The notes below the pieces were generated by a model. It made no database searches. It was not told where the DNA came from and was given only the letters and a program-made list of their open reading frames with translations. Position numbers and translations under genes: made by a program. DNA of 59,537 nucleotides, from positions 1 through 59,537 of IMG/VR virus record IMGVR_UViG_3300042154_002141. One strand, 5' to 3'. The stretch is from a virus (Duplodnaviria > Caudoviricetes). This document shows positions 53,423-59,537 of this stretch, piece after piece; position 1 is the first letter of the stretch; each line of letters begins with the position of its first letter.

Positions 53423-53710
53423 ATGCTCAAATACATACCAATCAGTTTCGTTACTATCGTTTGCTGGTCGCTAGCGACTATCACGCAGAACGGAGTAACC
53501 CGATACTCCGTCATTGGCGACCTAGAAAGTGCCGAACGCCTACTAGGTGCTATGTGGCTATTCACTGCCGCAAGTCTACTTATGTTCGCCACTCTCGCCC
53601 TAATGCTTGTGTTCGACCTACGCCGAAAGTCAGCCTATCCAATGGAAGTCTGCTCAAGCGAATGCGACAAGAAGTGTGCGGACAACAACCACTACGAGTG
53701 GAACAACTAA
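53423..53710 (+). CDS. Membrane protein
   Basis: AAGGA RBS; two hydrophobic helices. Confidence 0.6.
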   Translation: MLKYIPISFVTIVCWSLATITQNGVTRYSVIGDLESAERLLGAMWLFTAASLLMFATLALMLVFDLRRKSAYPMEVCSSECDKKCADNNHYEWNN

Positions 53711-53915
53711 CCACCGACCACCTAGCCCTGTCTATTCCCCCAATAGGCAGGGCTAGGCTTTTGTGGCCGAAAATTGAATTCGAGCTCCGCTCAAACAGAA
53801 TAAAAAGACCTTGTTCTCCAAAGAAAAAAGCCGCGCCGTTCCCTGTTCTTGACTTACTTCACCAAATCCCGTAGACTGAAAGTGCGGAGCCAACCAATCC
53901 GCAAGGAGAAATAAG

Positions 53916-54245
53916 ATGAACGAAAAGCCCGAAGTTACTCTTGACGAACTACGAGAGAACCTAAACAACAACCCACAATTCGACATTGACCTAGCCCAAA
54001 CGCAAGTGTGGCTAATCGGCAAAGATGTCGAACGCTCGGTAGCGGATGCGGTAAACCAACTAGAAATCGGGACACTTGCCACCGAGAAGTTAGCCGACAT
54101 TGTAAAAATCCAACTACCGACCCTGAAAAAAGTTGTTGAACTTATGTCGTTAGTTGCCTTCTACGACAGCTCAATCGGCAAACCATTTATGACCAGCGTT
54201 CTTCAACGCAATCTTGTTCAGCACAGGGTAGTCAGCGAAGATTAG
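53916..54245 (+). CDS. Hypothetical protein
   Basis: AAGGAG RBS after module 21. Confidence 0.65.
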   Translation: MNEKPEVTLDELRENLNNNPQFDIDLAQTQVWLIGKDVERSVADAVNQLEIGTLATEKLADIVKIQLPTLKKVVELMSLVAFYDSSIGKPFMTSVLQRNLVQHRVVSED

Positions 54246-54439
54246 CCGAACCACCGAGAGCCTAGCCGAAAGGTTAGGTTCTCGGTCTGCGGCCGAAAAT
54301 TGAATTCGCGCTCCGCGCAAACAGAATAAAAGAACCCTTCACCCAAAGAAAAAAGCCGCGCCGTTTCCCGTTCTTGACTTATCTCACCCGTTCCTGTAAA
54401 CTGAAAATGCGGGTAAGACCAACCCGTAAGGAGAAGATT

Positions 54440-54775
54440 ATGTCCAAATACACGCCCGAACAGGAAAAGGAAATGGTGAACAACGCCGTTTTTGACCTAC
54501 TCACTCTTTTAGAGCGAGAAGTTTTGGAATACAACAAGAGTTTCGCAGACTACTTTGTTGAACTTGTTGAGAAGAACGACACTGAGAAGCTGAAAGAAGT
54601 TGCCCTTGTTTTTGCCAAAGGCGTAAAGCAAGACGCAGACCTACACGAAATCACCACCGCCGTAGTTGCTAATGGCAAACTATCGCTACGCAACGCACTC
54701 GCTATGGCGGATTGGCAACTACAAAGCCAAATCACCGAACGCCACTACGACACCTACTTAGCCCACTTAGGCTAA
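54440..54775 (+). CDS. Hypothetical protein
   Basis: AAGGAG RBS after module 22. Confidence 0.65.
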   Translation: MSKYTPEQEKEMVNNAVFDLLTLLEREVLEYNKSFADYFVELVEKNDTEKLKEVALVFAKGVKQDADLHEITTAVVANGKLSLRNALAMADWQLQSQITERHYDTYLAHLG

Positions 54776-54934
54776 CCAGACCCCTAGCCCTGCTACTTAT
54801 CCCCCAAGTAGCAGGGTTAGGCTTTTGCGGCCGGAAATTGAATTTGCGCTCCGCGCAGACAGAATAACAATTTATTACATTCCGACTCCCCCACCCTTGC
54901 GCCGTCTCACTTAGCACACACAACCACAAGCACG

Positions 54935-55174
54935 GTGTATCATATATACATGAAAAACAATCTTCCAGCCCACGTCAAAGAGTCCATCGACAACGTCATT
55001 GCCCTGCACGATCGATACCTGTCCGGTACCCTAAATCTCAAAGCACTTAGTCCGGTAGCCCTGATCGACCTTGAAAGAGATTTCCAGGTAGCCGACAAAC
55101 ACTTGGACTACATCGACTTACGCGGCCTGTCGGACCTCAGGCAGCTGATCCTGTCCGCCGCTACCAGTATCTAA
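54935..55174 (+). CDS. Hypothetical protein
   Basis: ORF track. Confidence 0.45.
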   Translation: MYHIYMKNNLPAHVKESIDNVIALHDRYLSGTLNLKALSPVALIDLERDFQVADKHLDYIDLRGLSDLRQLILSAATSI

Positions 55175-55335
55175 CAATCTAGGTACGCCAAATACTTCCG
55201 CCGTTCAATCCGTTTTGACTTAGCACGGTCTTGGTGTACACTATTAAAACGTCTTGAATCCGTTCAAGGCCAGGGAGAACCCAACAAGTAACGACCGAGT
55301 ACTAACTCATAAAACCAGGAAAGGTAGGTCGCCAG

Positions 55336-56007
55336 ATGAAAAGGTTACTAACGATTGGAGCACTGGTACTGCTCTTGGCCTCATGTAGCACAGCTACATC
55401 AGTCCAACCAGCCAGCGCCGCAATTAAACCAACACCAATACAACTGAATATCGAAAATGCGCTGTCGAAGAGCACGCCCTTATCTTCGGTCCTCCACGGA
55501 TCTATAGTCAAGGCTAAGAAACTTCAGCAACAGCAGCGCACAGTCCAAAAGCAATTCGCCAACAAAGGCAAGATCGCTACCCTAGTCAAGAAGGTAACGA
55601 AGTACAAGAACAAGACATGGTATGTCTTCTCCGGTTCTTCTCCTCGAGGCTGGGACTGCTCTGGTCTCGTGCGGTGGGCCTATGGACAAGTGGGAGTAAC
55701 ACTCGACCACTCTGCTACTCGACAAATGCGCTCAGGCAAAGTTGTCAAGCAGCCGATGGTCGGAGACATTGTTGCCTTCTACTACGGAAGTGGTAAACGA
55801 TCTTTCCACGTCGGTATCTATACCGGCAATGGCAAGATGATCCACGCCTACTACGCAGGTACTCGTACCCGTATAGATTCCGTAGCCGGTGTTGCTAAAG
55901 CAAACTGGGCCAAAGTCAAGTACGTCCGAATCTTGGACACCTTGCCAGAGGATCAGCAGACCTTTGCAATGAAACATGGGCAACTAGCTAAGGTGGAACA
56001 GCCATAG
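55336..56007 (+). CDS. NlpC/P60 cell-wall peptidase, secreted/lipoprotein
   Basis: LASC lipobox; YVFSG..P.GWDCSGLV, GDIVAF, HVGIY.GNGKMIHA. Confidence 0.9.
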   Translation: MKRLLTIGALVLLLASCSTATSVQPASAAIKPTPIQLNIENALSKSTPLSSVLHGSIVKAKKLQQQQRTVQKQFANKGKIATLVKKVTKYKNKTWYVFSGSSPRGWDCSGLVRWAYGQVGVTLDHSATRQMRSGKVVKQPMVGDIVAFYYGSGKRSFHVGIYTGNGKMIHAYYAGTRTRIDSVAGVAKANWAKVKYVRILDTLPEDQQTFAMKHGQLAKVEQP

Positions 56008-56696
56008 TGCTGCTTAGCTGAATAGGCTCTTAGCCTAAACAACTAAACATACGGTAGCCCTTGCTAAAGATCATCTGATCCTTAGCAGGGGCTACTTCTT
56101 TATGGTATGATGTTTATACAAACGTACGGAAGATATATCATGGACCTAATCATCTTTATAGCTGGCCTGACCTTAGTGGCCTTAGTTATAGCCTCAATGG
56201 TTATCGGAGCGTTAATGCTCCTTGCAGCCTTTATTGGCGCACCATCCGGTGACTATGACTTTGATCTATCCGATGACGACCTCTTGTAGATAGGACTATC
56301 CTTATGGAAACCATCATTGCAATACTCTTTGCTGCCGTTGGAGCAGGATGCGGTGCCGCATATCTCTCCATCCGTCGACTTCGTCGCACTACCAAGCTCC
56401 AGCCGCTCCTTGGGGTCGTTGCCCCTCAGAAGGCGCAGGACGCCCCAGAATCGACTAAAACCGTTAGAAAGGTTAAATAGTATGTCTCGACTACTTTACG
56501 CCCTCAGAGAGGTCGTCTGGTCCGCTGTGCTTGCGGTGGCCTTCGCGGGCCTTGCTATCGCTTTCGCAATCTTTGCCCCTGCTTCGCTTGGCCTGACGAT
56601 CGCTTTCGCTTCTGCTTCGATCACATCAGCTCTTCTCGCCCAGCGAGCATAGCTTATGCTAAAATCTATATACACCCCTAAACACTAAGGAACCTC

Positions 56697-57191
56697 ATGT
56701 CTGATGAACTCAAGCCGTTACTAGGCTCTATCGAACCTGTCCCTGCTTCTGAACCAGAAGTCGTTGAGGAGAAGATCGATGCGGTCGATGAATCTCCAGA
56801 ACTTCCAACACCTCCAACACCGAAGCCTTTGCCAATCCGTGTCTCAGTTCCTGTAGCTGTCGACATCGATGCGGTCAAGGATGCTTTGCCTCAGCCGGCT
56901 GGCCCAGCCGTTGTGGGCAATGGAGAAGTAGATGAAGTCAAGCTTTCAGCTTGCGTCTACCAGAACACCAGTTCCCAGAAGTCGCTTACGGTGCACCACC
57001 TTCAGCGTCGTCTGATTGAGCTTGGCTTTGCTGAAGCCGGTCTTGATAAAGATGGCTACTATGGAGGAGCTACCAAAGCCGCTGTTCGTAACTTCCAAGC
57101 TTCTAAAAAGCTTGACGTTACTGGCGTCATGGATGCGGTGACCTTCAAAGCCGTCTTCAAAGGTGACCCTAACGTCAAGGTGATCCTCTAA
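56697..57191 (+). CDS. Peptidoglycan-binding domain protein
   Basis: VHHLQRRLIELG..DGYYGGATKAAVRNFQ..L.VTG..D. Confidence 0.75.
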   Translation: MSDELKPLLGSIEPVPASEPEVVEEKIDAVDESPELPTPPTPKPLPIRVSVPVAVDIDAVKDALPQPAGPAVVGNGEVDEVKLSACVYQNTSSQKSLTVHHLQRRLIELGFAEAGLDKDGYYGGATKAAVRNFQASKKLDVTGVMDAVTFKAVFKGDPNVKVIL

Positions 57192-57397
57192 GCCGTTGCG
57201 CGCACGCACGCAGCCGGCAGGACTGGAGTTGAACTTTTTGTGTCTATTCAATAAAGAATCTAACTTCAAGTCAGCTATCGCTCCTACTCGAGCTTCGACT
57301 ATCGTCGAGGACATTCGTCCCGCTCTCGTAAAAGCAATCACTGCCTTGCAGGCACAGCCTGTATCACTAAATATACACATGACTGGAGTTGAACTCG

Positions 57398-58798
57398 ATG
57401 GCTAAAAGCCTGATGGAACAGATATCTTTGATGAGCCCAGAGCAGCAGGCTCTTGCCTTACAAGGCATGGACCCTGATATCCTGCTCTGGGACTGGTCAG
57501 TCTGGGGCAGGCCTGAGCAGCAGGCACCTGAAGGTGACTGGGCCATATGGGCATACATCGCTGGTCGTGGTGCTGGCAAGACCAGGACTGCTGCTGAGTG
57601 GGTAAGAGAGCAGGCCAAGTACACAACAGAGGGACAGCGTCGCTTCGCCCTTGTTGCTCGTACAGCAGCAGATGTTCGTGACGTTATTGTTGAAGGTGAG
57701 TCTGGCATTATGAATGTGACTCCTCCTAGTGAACGCCCACTCTATGAACCTTCCAAGAGAAGGTTGACCTGGCCCAATGGCAACACTGCCACCTGCTTCA
57801 CAGCAGACGAGCCTGACTCACTTCGTGGTCCTCAGTTCACTCACGCCTGGGGCGATGAGATTGCTGCCTGGCGTCAGACCCCTGACGCAGCAGGCATGAC
57901 TGCTTTTGACAACCTTCGTGTTGGTACTCGTCTTGGTAGTCACCCAAAGATTATGGTGACCACTACACCCAAGAGAGTACCTCTGCTCTACAAACTCATC
58001 GAGGAATCTAAGACAGGTCGAGTAGTTATCACTCGTGGTTCTACTCTCGACAACTCAGGTAACCTATCAGGTGCCTACCTCGACGCCATCACTGGCGTCT
58101 ACGCAGGCACACGCCTGGCTGCCCAGGAACTCTATGGTGAGATGCTTGATGATGTCGAAGGAGCCCTCTGGACAGAGGAGCTCATCGAACAATATCGAGC
58201 ATCGTTCATGCCTCAAGGCACTCCACTTCGTATCATTGGAGTGGACCCATCAGTGGCAGAGAACCCACGTGATGAGTGTGGCATTGTTGTCTGTGCTGCC
58301 ACATCAGACAGGGACCTCTACAAGAGGCAGGCCTGGGTCCTGGAAGATGCTTCCATCCTTGGCTCTCCAGAGAAGTGGGCTAACGAAGTTGTTCGTATGG
58401 CCCGGAAGTGGGGCTGTCCTGTTGTAGCAGAAGTGAATCAGGGTGGAGCCCTGGTTCGCAATGCTATCAATGCTATCGACCCCAACATCAAAGTGTTGGA
58501 GGTCCATAGCAAGCATGGTAAAGCACTTCGTGCTGAGCCTGTGACCCTTGCTTATGAGCAAGGTCGTGTTCACCACGTTGGCTACCTTCCTGACTTGGAA
58601 AGTCAGATGTACTCCTGGGTACCAGGAGAAGGTAAATCACCAGACAGAGTAGATGCTATGGTCCACGCTATGACTGCCTTACTTATCAAGCCTCCAATGG
58701 GATTCTCTGGAGGAAAGATTACTGCTCGCTCCATGGGAGCTCGCAGAATCGATAATGGCAAGCCTAATCGTGGTGGAGGCTTCTTTCGCGTTCGCTAA
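57398..58798 (+). CDS. terL: Terminase large subunit
   Basis: AGRGAGKT Walker A, LRGPQF..AWGDE, TTTP, GVDPS, EVNQGG, SPDRVDA. Confidence 0.93.
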   Translation: MAKSLMEQISLMSPEQQALALQGMDPDILLWDWSVWGRPEQQAPEGDWAIWAYIAGRGAGKTRTAAEWVREQAKYTTEGQRRFALVARTAADVRDVIVEGESGIMNVTPPSERPLYEPSKRRLTWPNGNTATCFTADEPDSLRGPQFTHAWGDEIAAWRQTPDAAGMTAFDNLRVGTRLGSHPKIMVTTTPKRVPLLYKLIEESKTGRVVITRGSTLDNSGNLSGAYLDAITGVYAGTRLAAQELYGEMLDDVEGALWTEELIEQYRASFMPQGTPLRIIGVDPSVAENPRDECGIVVCAATSDRDLYKRQAWVLEDASILGSPEKWANEVVRMARKWGCPVVAEVNQGGALVRNAINAIDPNIKVLEVHSKHGKALRAEPVTLAYEQGRVHHVGYLPDLESQMYSWVPGEGKSPDRVDAMVHAMTALLIKPPMGFSGGKITARSMGARRIDNGKPNRGGGFFRVR

Positions 58799-58997
58799 AG
58801 CCTCCCACACTTATATAACTGGAGTTGAACTTTAGTCACGCAGTATCAGGCTTCGCCTGATGCTCGCTGGTCGCTCGCTGAGACTTCGCTTCGCTCAGGC
58901 TCTTTTTATTTCTCGCCAAAGGCTCGAAAGGTCTTTGTCTGTGCTACGCACATACTAAGACTGGAGTTGAACCTAGCCGATACCTAAACCGATACAA

Positions 58998-59028
58998 AGA
59001 AAAGCCCCCGCTTTTGGCGGGGGCTTCT
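58998..59028. terminator. Intrinsic terminator hairpin
   Basis: aagcccccgc-tttt-ggcgggggctt with A run upstream (U tract on minus strand). Confidence 0.65.
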
Positions 59029-59038
59029 CGGTGGCTTG

Positions 59039-59260
59039 TTAGAGAACGTTGCCCTTGTTTGCTTCTTCTCTTGCTTTTACTGCCATCTCACTCCAATTGA
59101 GTTTGTCTAGGTAGCCCTGAGCGTTGCTTAGGAACTTCTCCAAGTCTGCCCCTGCTGGCATTGTGTATACGCCATCTAGGAACATAAGTGAAGCCTCAAA
59201 GAACGAGATGATTTCTACAATCTCACCCTGTAATTCAGTGTTGGTTAGGTGCTTTGGCAT
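59039..59260 (-). CDS. Hypothetical protein
   Basis: AAAGGAG RBS. Confidence 0.6.
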   Translation of the reverse strand: MPKHLTNTELQGEIVEIISFFEASLMFLDGVYTMPAGADLEKFLSNAQGYLDKLNWSEMAVKAREEANKGNVL

Positions 59261-59399
59261 TTACTACTCCTTTGGTTGTGGCTTGTCTGGGTGACTTGCC
59301 TAAGGCAAGTCTAATGCCTATTCAACAATCAAGTCAAGTCTATTTGGTAACGATTTGATAACGCTGGCTAATCCGTCTACCTAATCCGTCTAACACTTT

Positions 59400-59537
59400 G
59401 GGCTTGGGCTTGGGCTTGGGCTTGGGCTTGGGCTTGGGCTTGGGCTTGGGCTTGGGCTTGGGCTTGGGCTTGGGCTTGGGCTTGGGCTTGGGCTTGGGCT
59501 TGGGCTTGCTGGCTGGCTGGCTGGCTGGGCTTGGGCT
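59400..59537. repeat. (GGGCTT)18 tandem repeat followed by (GCTG)n, running to the window edge
   Basis: Read directly from the sequence. Confidence 0.95.

Larger units (their letters stand above)
41465..54870 (+). repeat. Array of 23 conserved intergenic modules (terminator, GAAATTGAA, hairpin N4-TCC-N4, CAGAATAA, A-tract, usually a TTGAC promoter)
   Basis: Hairpin cores at 41484, 42556, 43277, 44268, 44910, 45483, 46179, 46664, 47322, 47913, 48575, 49009, 49569, 50344, 50887, 51500, 51986, 52487, 52960, 53244, 53782, 54308, 54846. Confidence 0.95.

Noticed and set aside
41465-54870. CRISPR array interpretation of the repeats
   Set aside because: Spacers are 300-1100 bp and carry genes, repeats are degenerate, and no cas genes are present
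41465-54870. Classical integron attC array
   Set aside because: No RYYYAAC/GTTRRRY boxes seen and no integrase in the window; only the cassette-like logic is shared
44127-54929. ORFs translating through the modules (e.g. KLKLELRSNR, LFCLSGAQISIS)
   Set aside because: Similarity derives from the non-coding repeat; downstream ATGs with RBS are the better starts
56340-57140. Repeated GATGCGGT
   Set aside because: Few copies, all read as Asp-Ala-Val in their ORFs; could be coding bias

Overview
Segment of a large dsDNA phage genome, most likely infecting an actinobacterium (class Ib nrdHIEF, DUF3039, WhiB-family genes, ClgR-like regulator, tmRNA tag ending FALAA). Layout: (i) 1-4.8 kb, a very long collagen-like fibre gene running off the left edge; (ii) 4.9-23 kb, nucleotide/sugar metabolism and host-like genes (nrdHIEF, thyX, groES, tmRNA, tRNA-Thr, MT-A70 methylase, two WhiB proteins); (iii) 23-32 kb, cell-wall enzymes and hypothetical proteins; (iv) 33-55 kb, a compositionally distinct early-type region with a MoxR/vWA pair, followed by 23 copies of a conserved intergenic module, most preceding 1-3 small genes; (v) NlpC/P60, terminase large subunit and a (GGGCTT)18 tract. 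Most notable: the 23 modules each carry a perfectly covarying hairpin whose template-strand form (C-GGA-G triloop, G at +1) matches N4 virion-RNA-polymerase promoter geometry; about 15 unrelated small proteins share an acidic C-terminal tag (EEPDIVY-like); a WhiB/WhiA-HTH fusion sits among repeated GTCGACGTCC sites; an H-type pseudoknot occurs four times; and 4-bp palindromes appear sharply depleted in the 33-55 kb block. Product calls come from motif recognition by eye, not database searches.
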